A DNA stretch of 63,752 nucleotides, filler included, from Hyphochytrium catenoides (GCA_900088475.1; 11 parts of 11 records of this genome joined end to end with filler, not necessarily neighbours in it); one strand, 5' to 3'. Positions 12,772 to 26,319 are shown, numbered from the whole stretch's first letter. Notes: generated by a model from the sequence alone, not told the origin. A program made the numbers and translations.

Positions 12772-14815
12772 GACAGGGTTGGGCGGCTGGATCTATTGGT
12801 CCTTCTCGTCTCTCCTTCTCTCTCTCTCCCCCCTCCCGCTTCTTCTTCCTGAGCCTTTGAGGTCTTCTCTCCCCTCTTCCATGTCTTCTCTCCCCTCTTC
12901 CATGTCTTCTCTCTTCTTCTCCTGCGCCTCCTGTCATCTATTTTCACTGTTCTTCTTCGTCAGGACAATCCTTTATTAGGTTCTTATGTCTTAGGTTCGT
13001 TTTCCATTTGCTCGTTGTTCCGCTGCCTGTCAGTGCATAACTCCACTAAGAGTACGTGTTTTGTGAGCTCGACAACGTGACTATTATTGAGACTGCTGCT
13101 GCTGCCTCAGTAAATAAGAGAGACGTCACCCACTCCTCACCCGTGTCCTTGGCTCCCCCCTCGATATTAATTCTACCGGCTCTCTCTCGTGCCAGGCAAC
13201 CCATTCCGCATCGTATTGCAGCTTCACTTCCGTCGTCTTCCTCTACTCTCGATATTATAACCTATAAAAGCAGCTATATAGAAAGCCTGAATGAGGCAGC
13301 GGCGGGGCGCCATACCAGCCCAATCGACCCAAGGCAACAATCCTATATAACTCCATCCCCTTCTTAATATCAGGGCCCAGCAGCGGCAGGCACGCCTCGC
13401 AGCTCAGTCAACACGGCCGACGCAGCAAGTGCACTCCGTTCTTCATCATCGGCAGCCAGGAAGAAGAAGAGTGCCCGTCCTTGTTTCCTCCTCCTCCCTC
13501 CTCCGCCTCCTTTGTGGTCTTCAACGAGCTGAACAGTCACGGGCGAGCCACGATCTTACTCCACAAATATCCCGCGTTAGATATAAAATATTGAAACAGG
13601 ACTTCCGCCCTTTCTGTACCAGCACGCCTTTGTATAGCCCTGTTGTTGGGTGACACGGTGGTGAGAAAGGGTCATTAGAGATTAATGGTGTTATCAATTC
13701 AAATAGGCGTTTATAACAGCATTGCACCCAGACATGTGGTAGATACCACCGCCGTCGTCTCCCCAACGACCCACCCGTTCTTGTAACTTTATCCCTTTCT
13801 TAGGGTCGGGTACGTTCAGATTCAGCATACATGCAATAAAAGAGGAGCTGATTTGCGAAACATGGCCCTGGGTTTTGAATAATCACTCTGGTTGAGAGCA
13901 TTGAAGGAAATTAGAAAGTCGCTGTAAAATGACCTTTCGATTTGAAAAGGGGTTACTTCCTCCATTTCCAGTCACCTCGTCAGCGCTCTGGCTCTCAAGA
14001 TAGTTATATCTCTCGAAAGTATAATACGTATCTTTAACACTTATCTGTCACTCTCCCTCGTAATATCTCCTCCTCGCTCTGTCTCTCGTCTACCTTGCGC
14101 TGGGTTGGATGCCTATCCACCTCTATCCGTCACTCTTTGTCCCAAATCTTTGCATCTTGCGAGAGCTCTTTCTCCCCAAATAACCCAGGGTAACCATAGT
14201 TGACTAGGTCACACTCCTCGCTCTGTCTCCTTACGGGTGATATCTTCGCATCACTCTGTCTGTCATCTCCTGGCCGTTGTTGGACTGGCAGCTGACTCGC
14301 GACCTTTCGTCGTTGTGTCCCCAATGGCGGGGCACGGCCCAGAGAAGGATCAGAGGAGATCTTTGCGTGCTGCCTGGCCCGCCCATCAGCAGCTGAGGAA
14401 TGGTGCACCTCTTCTCTCTCTCTCTCTCTCTCTCTCTNNNNNNNNNNNNNNNNNNNNNNNNNNNNNNNNNNNNNNNNNNNNNNCTCTCTCTGGCCCCTGC
14501 TGCCTCTTGTCCTCCTCTCTTACTCGAATCTGTCTGCTTGGCTCTTCTCCCTCCTCGTCGTTCCTTTCTATTATCTCTCTTTGGTCCTTCTTCTCTTTCT
14601 GTCGTCTGCTGCTGCCCGCCGCTTCCGCAAGCCGTTGTCGTCGATCTTCAGAGTCTGAAAGTGAAGCGTCTTCTTCACGCAGCAGAAACAGCTGAAAAAA
14701 GGAAGAGTTGCCAGCGCCCCGGCACCGTCCATAGCGCTGCTTCTTAGAGCCAAAGCAGAGAGGAGAGAGTTGACAACAGTCGGAAAGAGCTTTGAAGAAG
14801 GAGGTTTCATCACCG

Positions 14816-16182
14816 ATGAGTGAGGAAAGGAGAGACACGATGGAGGACAAAGGGCGGGGGGAAGAGACACCGGGGGAGCTGCTGATGCGCTACCGCAGAG
14901 AGAACAACGGCCGGCTGCCCTGGGGAGGCTTTTTCCTCATGTTTCTAACCGTCTTCTGCCTCTTCTCCTACTTATTGGGAGGAGGAGAAGGAGGTGAAGA
15001 GAGAGACACCTTGAACCGCCATTCTTCTTCTCCGTTGTCTGCTTCGTCTTCCGCGTCTTTAGCCAGTCCCACCACCAACGTCAGCGCTGTTGAGCGGATT
15101 CTTGCCGAGATGGAACCGATATTTGAAAGTAAGCAGAGAACGAGAGAGAGTGAGAAAGAGAGAGAGTGTCGAAGTAACCAGAAAGCTTCCTAAGGCATCC
15201 TCCCTCAGGACGACTCCTTTTCCATCCGTCCTTTTCTCTCGCTTTCCTTCTCTCTCTTTCTTCTCCTTCTGCACGCTCTCCCCTCTTCTCAGGAACGATG
15301 CTTTTTCTAATCCGTATCTCTCTCTCTCTCCTTCAATATGCTCCCTCGTCTTCTCTTCTTCTTCCTCCTGCCATCATCGGGAACTAGGACAACACGAAGT
15401 TACGGTTGCTAAGGTTGACCAGTATTTCAGAAGTAAGCTGTCCCTCTCCCTGGAGCACCAGGAGCTCATCGAGCCAAAGGCGGGAGTATTGAGAGAGGAA
15501 GAGACTGCTACGGAGGCACTCGCTGCTGCAGAGGAAACAGCTAGGACGACAGCGATTGTGCAGGAAGACAAGGGGATAAAGATGGAAGCAAGCAACCGGC
15601 AGAGCGACGAAGAGAGACAGGCGCAGCAAGAGGACGGCGGCGCCTTGTCTTCCCTACTGCAGTTCAGACTGAAGCTCAAGAGCATTGCCCTTGACCTGGA
15701 AAAAGCTGACGCAGACAGGCGTACTAAGGTGGAGCAACTAAGTCTCTCTTCTCTCTCTCTTTTCGCTCATTATCTCTCTCTCCCTGTGTCTCGTCCTCTC
15801 TCTTTTTCTTCCTCTCTTCTTAGTGCTTTGGGCAATCTAGGGCCAAGGAGTGTCAAGGCCATGTTCCTTTGGCCTCCTTCGTCCGCTTGGAGAGTGCGCG
15901 ATTATCTGTAGCTAATTCTTCTCTCTATCTTCTCCTTTCGTCTGACGCTTTGTGCCAACCTTTCTCTCTCTTCTCCTCTTCTGGTCTCAGATGCAAGCAA
16001 GGGAGATTGAGGACCTTAAGGGTTCACTGCAGAGCTGCAGGGAAGAAAAGAATCATCTCGACCAGAGATGTTATCTGCAGGAAGTGGTGAGATGGGATCC
16101 CTTCTGCTGTTCACTCTCTCAGTCACCTTCCATCTTCGTTGTCACGACTCCACCTTGAGCCTCTAACTGTCCGACCCAAACC

Positions 16183-16239
<57 letters not shown>

Positions 16240-16444
16240 TGTTACTCTGCCTCTGTCTGTTATCTTGGTTCTCTCTTATGTTATCGTCCTCATCTGACTC
16301 CAGGAATCGTACTCTTGTTCTTGTTTGTTCTAGGAAAAGGATGCTCAGATTCTGGAATTGCGCGCCGCCGCAATGAAGCTCCACATGGAAGTAGCCAGCC
16401 TGACCCAAGATCTCAAGGTTTGCACCGACAAACTCCATTCTCCT

Positions 16445-16479
<35 letters not shown>

Positions 16480-19400
16480 ATGTCACATCTTGTCTTATCA
16501 CACGCTTCGTAGGACGCCCAAAAATCAGCCGCAAGACTTGAGCACCAAGTGAAGCTTTTGCAGGCGGAACAGTTGGCTTTAAAGCAACAGCAAGAGGAGG
16601 CGCGCAAGGAAGGGGAAGGAATCCTCGGCGCCAGCTGGAATGGACTAGTCCTAACCGCGCTTGACTGGGCTGAGACCTTCTTTGGCAAGGGAAGAGAAGA
16701 CTTTCTCTCTCCTTCTTCTTCTCTCTCTCCTCCATCTGGCCCATCACTGAACCACAAGGACACTGAGGAGAGTTATGAGCACCTCTGGGAACAGACTGTT
16801 CAGCGCCTTAGCAGCTGGCTTCCATCCACTCTCTTCCTGGAAGAAGAGTCACCTCCTATTGACCAGAACCCTGTGGCTTTTACTAGCAACGCTCGGAGAC
16901 TGAAGCAAACTTCTCTCTCTACTGTCAGTCATCCTACAGCTCCTTCTAGGAGCACTTCTAGGCCCACGCGCGCTGCAATGGAGCCATCTCTCCTGGACTG
17001 GGCCTTTGGGACTGTGAAGACTGCCAGCTATCAGCCCCGTGAGCGTTCTGATGACATTCAGATCCTCGGAGGAGTCGGGCTTCTACTTGGAGGACTGCTG
17101 CTGCTAGTGCCAGTGGTAAGGTTGAAGTGCTGCTAGTGCCGCTACGGATATAACACTCTCTCTCTCTCTCACTCAATCTCTCTCTCTCTCTTTTTTTTTC
17201 TGACTCTCTATTGCCGTTGTTATGCCGATTCGTTCTTCTCTTCTCCTCTACGCCCCGAATCGTTGTTCAGCTTGGCACCACCCTTTCTTTCTCTTTCTGT
17301 CCTCGACCCGGTCACCTTTTCATCCTCTCTCCGCTGCTTGTTTTCCCTCTTTCATACCCGCATTTGCTCTTCTCCTATCGACAGACGGCGAACCTCAGTG
17401 ATGACTCTGGTGGACCAGCCACTAGAACCCGATCCAAAACGCGATCGTCCTCTGCTGGAAGGCGGGCACTCCAACTTTGTGGCCTCCTCGTGGGCTTCCT
17501 AGCGTCTTGCCTTCGATGGGGTTTACCTGCCAAAGGGACGACGGTGAGAGGACTTTTCCTCCTATCTTTCTCGTCTCTCTCTCCTCTTCCCTTTGATTCT
17601 TTTCTCATCAACCTTGCTGCCGCTTTTTTCCTATTTGAAGATTCCTTTCTCTCATCCTCTTCTCCCTTCGGGGTGATGGTATCTGACCTGACTGTTGCTT
17701 CTTGTTCCGCGATCTCTTTTACATTGTCCTCCTATGGGTTCTTCAGGGTGCGACGGACACACCGACGACTCCTAAAACACCTTCAGTTCGTGTGCAAAGG
17801 CGTGCTTTTGGTTATCTCAGCTGCTTCTTCAGAGCGCTGACAGCTTTGATTGCCTCTCTTGTCCGCTGGGCAACAACGACGGTGAGTGAGCAGTTATGTT
17901 CCTTTTCTGTGCGGCTCCATCGTGTTCCCCATCCATTGTTCCTCTGCTTGCTCTCTCTCTACTGTCTTATCTCTTCTTGTCTCCCATCTATCATCTTTAG
18001 GATCGCTTGTTTACCTTTTCTGTGCCTCTTGTCTCCCTCTTCCTGCCATTCAATTCCTCCCTAGAGCCGCAAACCTAGAAATGAACTTGAGCGAGGAACC
18101 ACTCGGACCCGCCATACAATGCGGTCGGAACCTGCAGCTCCCCGCGCCCGCCCCAAGGCGGAAGCCCGTGGCACGATGAGGAGCCTTCTAGGATCCTTCT
18201 GTGGCATGTTCTCCACTAGAAAGACCTCGGTGAGACACTCTTTCTCTTTGCTGCTTCTGTATGCATGTCTCTCCATTCATTCTAGCCCACTTTCTTACCT
18301 TCTTCTGTCGTCCCTGATCCTCTCTCGCCTGACCTCTCCTTTCTCTCTTACTAGGATGCGTCCCTTGAAGGACCATCGACTAGCTCACCTCCTATCACGG
18401 CGCACGTATCTGTCGGAAGGCAGGCTTCCGGATTCCTTATCAGGGTTCTTGGACATTTCTTCAGAGCACTGGTCTCTCTCCTGGCGCTGCTGTTCCGCTG
18501 GGCAATAACTACGGTGAGTCTTTCATCTTCTCTCCTATCGTTGCGTGGTGTTCTCTCTTCCTCTTACTGTGTCTTTCCTATGTTTCTTTCTATTCTCTCT
18601 TTCCCTTCCTTCCGGAGTTCAATCTTTTGGTCCTTGCTTTAGATCCGTCACTCAACTCTTCCTCGCCCCTTCTTCTCTTCTACCATCCTTGCCTCTCAGA
18701 CCTGCAAAAATTCAAGGAGCACACAGCCTTCTACCACGCGATGCACTGCCGCAGCGCCTCGGGCAAAAGCTTCCTCTACTCTAAAGAGCTTGGTGGATCC
18801 TCTCTTTGGTCTGCTTTCAACTAGAAAGAAGCCAGTGGTGAGACGAGATTTCTTTTCTTGCCCTCTGTTTCACTGTATCATCTCTGTTCCGTGTTATTCC
18901 CCTGGCGTCTCTTTCTCTCTCTTACTTTCATATCCTATCTTCTGTCCTCGTTCTCCTGCTTTCCACTTCTCTCGTCTTGTTCTTGAAGCCTCAGCCCTGG
19001 TACATTGTTGCTCATCCATCATAGCAGTAGCTCCTCCGGCTTACAGCTGTCTCTTCTTCTCTCATTCTGTTCACTTAGACATCACCTCCACCTCCAACGC
19101 CAAGCTTTGATAGAAGCCGGAGCCCTCTAGTCCTCTCCCGTTCCGCCAGCACCGTCAAGAAAGATATCAGCAACGCCTCCGCACTGCTCAAGACGGCGAT
19201 GGTGAGATTCCGTTGTCTGCTAGTGCTATTGCTCTCTCCTTCTCTCTCTCGGTTTTTCTCTCTTACTCGCTCTCTCTCTCTCTCCTCTCTCTCTCGTTAC
19301 CATCATCTCTCTTGTCTGTACTACTGCGCGTTTCCTTTGTACTTCCCTGGTGCTTGGTCTCCCTACACTGACCGTTCAAATACGGGGGCCCAGGTCGACT

Positions 19401-19575
19401 GCCGTCTCCTTCTGATTCTGGCTTTCTTGCTCTCTTTTTGCATGCTGACACCTCTGACGCCTACTTGCAGAAGAGGAAACCGTACGCTGATGGACCAGTG
19501 GATGGGGTCCGGCGCTCCGCAAGACTCAATAGAAGGGGAGAGAGAGAGACATCTCTTCTCGCCCCTGGCGCTTGA
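14816..19575 (+). CDS. Unrecognised 12-exon protein: TM1 - coiled coil - TM2 - basic tail with repeated amphipathic modules and C-terminal RRSARL
   Basis: Phase-consistent exons 14816-15128, 15389-15728, 15991-16086, 16334-16417, 16513-17115, 17385-17543, 17747-17881, 18065-18229, 18355-18513, 18700-18837, 19079-19201 and 19471-19575(TGA). All introns are GT-AG. TM1 is WGGFFLMFLTVFCLFSYLL and TM2 is ILGGVGLLLGGLLLLVPV. Confidence 0.7.
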
Positions 19576-22500
19576 GCTTCTCCATGGCAGAGGAGAAAGA
19601 TGGTGCCGCAAGGCCCGCTTTCTCTCTGACTTTTTCTCTCCTCAAACCGTCCCGTCAAGTGATCCTGGCTGGCTGGAATGGGAGGGATTAGACCCCCTGG
19701 CCCTTTACTTCTTCCGTCTTTTTTCCTTACCTTCCTCTCTTTCTCTCTCTGTACCTCTCTCTCTTTCTCTGTCTCTTTCTCTCTTTCTCTCTCTTTCTCT
19801 CTCTCTTTCTGCCTCTTCACTTACCCCCTTCGCTTTTTTTTTGCCTATCTATCCTTCTCTTGATATCTCTTTTTCTCTCTTATTTTTTCGCTCTGTCTCC
19901 CTCCCTCCTCCTAACCCTATCATCACTATCTTCCTCTACCTCTATATACTCCTTCTCTCCGCCTCCTTTTTCTTCAGTCCCTTTTGCGGCACAGCCTGGC
20001 AGCACCAGTAGCAAACAAACTCACGCCTTCACAACGATCGCCCTTATCGCCAACTGCCACAAGCCATCTCGCAGCCACTCTGTCTCACGACCCTCTTTTC
20101 TCTCTCTCCCCCTCACACCGGTTGTCTCTCTCTTTTCTAGTGCGCAACACTTGACGATCCTCCCCAAATGGTTGGGTCCAGCTCTCCGCTAGCGGTCTTA
20201 CCTGGTGTACTCTTGCTGTCTAGGCGGTGCTTTATAGGGAAGGAAAAGAAGAAAGAGCATCAGTTTCTCCCCAGGGCAGTCAAAAGCGTGTTGTTCGGAC
20301 AGCAGCCAGTGCGTTTTGTAAGTCCTCTCGCTCTCTCTTTTCTCTCTTCCTCTTTCTTCCTCTCTCTTTTCTCTCCTCTCTCTTTTCCTCTCTCTCTCTG
20401 CGACGTTTAGGCAGGAGTGTTTTACCTTGAGCTCTTTGGCCCCGTGCGCTACCTCGATGTCCATGATTCTTTGGTGCTTTCCTCTGATCTTTGATGTTGC
20501 TCCGCTGCTATTCTCAAGTGGGGATACGATCCATTTTTCCGGCAACGCCTTTCCTCTCGTTGCTCTTTCTCACCTTCCGTTCTCTTGCTGCTTGCAGAGA
20601 TGAGGAGCTCTTGCCAACCTCACTGCTTCAGCACCACTGCTGTTGTCCAACTGTCCGGTGGAGAAACATTAGATGCCTTCTCTTTCCTTCCCTGACGAAG
20701 AGTCCAGTCACCGCTGTACTGCAGAGTACCACCACGGAACTATGTCGACCACTGACAATAACGCGGAGAGATGAGGATCGTCGGAGGCTAGAGTAGAGTA
20801 GAGAGAGAGAGAGAGAGAAAGGAGTCCGGGACCGGCAGCTTACCAAACCCCTTCTAACAACCAGACAAGCTTCTTCAAAGAGGAGGATAGATGACGGAAC
20901 CATCGGGGAAAGCAAGCGTATCGGTTCAGGGAACCTCCAGCAGTTCCTTGGGAACAGCTACCACTGAGCCCTAGATCGTCACCTGTTGGCGCTCTTTCTG
21001 CTGGTCCTCGCCCCATACAGAGCTCCCTGGAGAGTAACCATCACGCTCAACCGTTCTTTAGTACGAAGGACATCGAATGCTGCCCGCTGCCTGCCTCTGT
21101 GTCCGCCGTTGAAGCACATCCATCTCCCTTCAACGACCTGAAGAGCCACGAAGCCAACCTCCATCATCCCAACGCATCTTCTTCATCCTGCTTATCACTC
21201 AGTGATGCTATCCTCACTGCTGCTGCTGCCCAACTGTTGCCTGCATTCATTCATTCTACTTGCTCTGATCTCTGTGTCCTCTCTTTCTTCCTGCTTTCTC
21301 CTTCCTCTTCGCTTACCTTCCCTACTGGCCAGGGAGTTGAACTTTGTGTGTCATAGCGAGTCGATTACATAGATTAATAGAGTGTAGCGTAGCTCAGAGA
21401 GCTCATCATAGACAATAGAGTAAAAAGTAATAGAGTGTTCACTAGAGAGCAAAGCCTTTATATCGTTGATGCCACAAGCCGTTTCCTGGTGAAGGTTACT
21501 CTACCTGGCGTCTGTCATAAAGCTAGGTAGGGCCTCTTGGTGACGCTTTCCCTCGCTGCTGCGCTGTGCCCAACATCTCGTGGTCTAGGTCTTATCGTCG
21601 CTAGGTGATAGTAGGTAGCGATCTGCATTCACTCGAGCGGAGACAGTCTCGGCCAGCAGACAGAGCACAGCTACCTGATAGTAGAACGTAAAGGCACAAC
21701 CAGCTCATTCCTCCTCGTCTTGATGATGCTCTTCTCACAAGGCCGATCCGACGGCACAGAGATGATCGAGTGTCATGTGCCTCTCGCCCCTACTTTAAGG
21801 CCTCTGTATGACCATGTCTTCTCTTGCCTCTTGCCGCACTTTGACGTGTCCTGTTCTCTTTTCTCTTTCGTTCAATAGTTTCTTCCCGAACGCGGTGCAT
21901 CATTATAGCGCGGGCACATCGGCCGTGGGGCCGACATCTCTAGGTAAGGCGGGTCCTCTACGGGTATAACATTAGTTTATTGAGCCTATGTCGCTACTCT
22001 CAACAGCATGATGGTCGTTCTAAGGGCAATACAGATACTAGTCCTACAGCTTACCACCGTTCGCGCCGCCCTCCACTAGGAGGCTACTCCTTGCAACCCA
22101 GTCACCTCCTGATAGGCTAGGCTGCCTTCAAGAGCCGGTACGTTGTGCTACTATGTAGTGACAAGCATGGCAGGTGTGATGAAGCGGAGGTAGGATCGTC
22201 CTGTTTGGGTGAAGAGGACATTTTTGAAAGGAGAAGATGTTCCCCCAAACGCGACATCCCAGGCAAAACCGTCCATTTTAACTTGGAGCCAGTGGCCAGA
22301 TCCTTCTTTATGATCAGCAGCCAGCAGCTCCTCTTCTTTCCTTACCCAATGGGTCCTGAGTTCCCTGTTCGGGGGCGCAGCTCCTTCATACGTCTCTGCA
22401 CAGCGATGATAGTAACCCTGCTCAGAAGCTTGTAGAAGGGCTTGACTTCAAGTCCAGGCAGGACGAACGAAGAAGAAGCGCTCCCGTAGAAGCGAACTGC

Positions 22501-22763
22501 TGAGTGGCAACTTGGACATAGTCGAAGCAGAGCATCAAGGTTTCTACAGCTGTAAGAAGGAAAGCTGGAAGGATCTGGTCTGCGTCTGTAATGAGCAGCA
22601 GTGAGAAGAGAAGACAGAGCGGTCAGAAGAGGCAGCAGGCGCAAAGAGAGAGAGAGAGAGAGANNNNNNNNNNNNNNNNNNNNNNNNNNNNNNNNNNNNN
22701 NNNNNNNTTAATTAATTAANNNNNNNNNNNNNNNNNNNNNNNNNNNNNNNNNNNNNNNNNNNN

Positions 22764-23641
22764 CTCCTTCCTCGTTGTACATCGTCACCACGATCAATAC
22801 ACTGATTGAACGCTGCTGCCTGGTGGGGAGAGAGAGAGAGAGAGAAAAGAGAAAGGGAGAGAGAGAGAAGAAAGAGAGAAAGAAAGAGGGGGAGAGACAG
22901 AGAGGAAGACAAAGAGAAAAAAGGAAGGGAGAGAGAGAGAGAAAAGACGGGAGCGAAGGAGACAGAGAGGAAGACGAAGAGAAAAGAGAAAGAGAGAGAA
23001 AGAAAGAAAGAACAGGAGAGAGAGAAAGAGAGAGAGCGACGGAGAGAGTAGACGGCGAGAGAAAATGAGAGATAGCGAAATGAGGGAGAGGACACAGAAG
23101 AGATGCTGTGAGGAATAATATGAGAAACGAAGAAGATTGCGAGAGAGAGAAAAAGAGAAGTGCTATGGAGAGAGGGACGGGAATCGAGAAGAAAGTGAAA
23201 GAGAGAGAGAGAGCGGTTCCTCCTTGGAAGGTGGGAGGCGAGTGGGACGGACATTATGCAAGGAACTACGGAGTGCGATAGAAGTATGTGTCACTGGGAG
23301 AGAGAGAGACGGCAGAGAGAGAGAGAGAGAGGAAGAGACAGAAGAAGAGAGAAAAGGAGAGAGACACACCTCTTTGTCCGGAGTATATATCCTTCACCCT
23401 CCATCTTCAGCGGGTCCACTGTCGTTACGGCTGTGTACCGCATCCGCGTGAACTCCTCTCCTAACGAGAGAGAAACACCGAAGAGAGAGACGGAGAAACA
23501 AGGAGGAGAGAGGGAGGTAGAGAAAGAGAGAGAGAGAGACACGGAGAAAGAAGGAGAGAGGGAGGAAGAGAACGAGAGAGAAAGAGAGAGAGAGGGAGAA
23601 AGAGAGAGAGAGAAGGAGAGAGCGAGAGCGAGAGAGAGAGC

Positions 23642-23676
<35 letters not shown>

Positions 23677-25110
23677 AAGGGAGAATAAGGCGGTCAGAGA
23701 GTAGGAAAGAAAAAGGGTTAGGATACATAAAGGGAAGGCGCATGAAGAGTGCGGAAGAGAGAAAGTGAAGACAGAGGCGAGAGAGAGAGAAAAAATGGAA
23801 AGACGAAAATCGACAAATGTAAACAACGAGATTGATAGCACGACAGCAATTCAGGAAGAGAGAGAGAGAGAGAAGGAAGAGTAAAGAAAGGGAAGAGAGA
23901 AAAGAAAAGAAAGGGAAGAAAGGAAAGGGCACGAACTGCTACAGTTCCATTTCATCTCCGTCTCTCTCTCTCTCTCTCTCTCTTCTTTTTTCTTTCTCTC
24001 CTACCTTCTGCAGGAGAGACTTGAGCGCTCATTCCTCTCAGATTCTTGACAACATCGACCAAGAGAGGCGCGGCTTTCAGCTTCGGCAAGACGCTAAGGT
24101 CTCCAGAGTTATAGGCACGCAGCTCCGCACTCCGAGAGAGAAGATCCTCTCCCTTGTTCCGCAAGCTTAACAGAAAGAGAGAGAGAGAGGAAGAGAGAGA
24201 GAGAGGAAGAGAGAGAGAGAGGAAGAGAGTTGATTGTGAAGAAAAATGAGAAATGCAGTGAGCAATAAAGAGAAAGAGGGCGACAGAGTAGATATATACA
24301 CATAGAGAAAGTAGAGAGAGAGAAAGAGCGAGGACAGAACAAGAGATTGAGTGAATGGGTAATAATGGCGGTGTATCGTGGAAAACAGAGAGCACTATAT
24401 GATGCGCTTTTTCTTCTCTCTCTTCTCTCCAGTTCTCTCTCTTTTTCTCTCTCTCTCTTTTTCTCTCTCTCTCTCTCTCTCTGTCTTTCCTTTATCCTAT
24501 CCTTCCCTTACATGTCCACAAATCTCTCTTCGCAGTCATCCTGGGCCGAGAGAGAGGAGAGAAGTCTCGAAGCTTTCTCAAATTGTTCTGCTGCCTCTTC
24601 CCAGCGGCCTCTCCTCTCTGCCTCCTGCGCCGCCTTCGCAGGCTGAAGAAAGGCTTCAACATTGGGAACACGCTGAGAATACCGTGCGCTATTGGAAAAG
24701 AGAGAGAGAGAGAGAGAGAAGAGAGAAGAGAGAAGAGAGAAGAGAGAGAGAGAGGCAAAGACAGCCAGCGTTTAAAGGAGACAGCGTTGAAGGACAGAGC
24801 TTAGTCGAGAGAGAGAGAAACAAAAGAGAGAAACAAACGAGAGAGGTCCCAAGTGGCAATAAGGTAAGGCAATAGAGAAGAGATATGGAGAGGAGAGAAC
24901 AGAGAAAGAGAGCGCGCCACAGACCGGAGAGGAAGAGGGAAAGAGAGAGAAAGAGAGGTAGGAAAAAAGAGACAATGAAAGAGAGAAGAGAGAGATTGAA
25001 CCCAAAGAAAGATCGAAAGATAACCTTTGGGGAGCGATGGCCTCAGCAGGAAAGGGAGAGGTCCACGCTTTCTCTTCCTCTCCCTCCTTTTTGATCGGCA
25101 GCTGATTCAT
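22764..25110 (-). CDS. CHS: 5' part of a chitin synthase with N-terminal MIT domain (oomycete-type architecture); truncated by contig end
   Basis: Phase-consistent exons 25110-25025, 24688-24512, 24165-24005, 23460-23370 and 22819-22764. They give MIT-like AKAAQEAERRGRWEEAAEQFEKASRLL...ILRNKGEDLLSRSAELR, then division-1 CHS motifs EEFTRMRYTAVTTVDP...GYILR and VLIVVTMYNEE. Confidence 0.88.
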
Positions 25111-25646
25111 TTCTTCTGGCGAGAGAGAAAGAGACACAACGACCTGGGATTGAAGGAGTGTCTCTTCTCTCTCTCTCTCTCTTTCTCTCTCTTCTTTCTC
25201 GTTTATTCTCTTTCCCTCTACAATCAAGGGCTTCTCTACAGGTGGTGGAGACGCACAGAGCTTCTTGTCAAGCAGCAGAGAAAGGAAAGAGAGAAAAAAT
25301 GGAAAAGGAGAGACTGATCACGCTTCAATTGAGTCTTCTTGTTATTTCTCTTTTTCCTGCTAAATCCTTCTCTCCTTTTCTGACCTTGGCTCTCTCTCTC
25401 TCCCGTTCTCTCTCTCTCTCTCCCGTTCTCTCTCTCTCTCTTTATTTCACCTCAATAGAAGAAGTGTCAGTTCGGGGTCGCGACTTAGGTGTCATCCGTT
25501 TTCTTCCTCTTTCTCAAGCGCGGGACAAGCGGGAAGAAGAAAGTCCTCTTTCTGTGAGGGACTCTCTCTCCTCTTTTTCTCTCTCCTTCTCCTACAACTG
25601 TCTCTATACAAAAAGTAGTCACAAGAGAAGAGAACTCGCCTTCAAA

Positions 25647-25690
<44 letters not shown>

Positions 25691-25815
25691 TTGCGCATCT
25701 CCTTCTCATCTCTTCTGCTATCAACGATTCTTTTCTTCTTCACCGCTCCTTCTCTTTCCATCAATTTTCTGTCCCTCTCTGCTTGGGTTGCCTCTTGCGT
25801 TGCTCCTCTCTTCCC

Positions 25816-25852
<37 letters not shown>

Positions 25853-26266
25853 NNNNNNNNNNNNNNNNNNNNNNNNNNNNNNNNNNNNNCTCTCTCTCCT
25901 GCTCTCCCACTGCATGCGGTCCCCCCTCCTAAATCCTGTACATTTGCGGCTCCTGGCTGTAACTGCTCATACCATCATGCAGGTCAGGAATTGATAGCAT
26001 TATCTACCTTATATGGCCCAATATATTAGGAATACCTTCAGAGGAAGGCTGCAACTCTGTAACCGCTCCACAGTGGTCACACACTCCACATCAACGCTTT
26101 CTGAGGAGAGAGAGAGAGAGAGAGGAAAGGAGAGAGGGGAGAAGAACAACAGGCAGCAGCAGGGGCCTCAGACAAACAAGAAGGCCAGAGAGAGAGAGAC
26201 AGAGACAGAGAGAGAAAGAAAAAGAGAGAGAGAGAGAGAGATGAGAGAGAACAAACGAGAGAATGA

Positions 26267-26319
<53 letters not shown>

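Noticed and set aside
21355-22644. TAG reassigned to Gln (alternative genetic code)
   Set aside because: Sec61-alpha ends at TAG at its normal C-terminus, and none of the intact genes traced contain in-frame TAG.
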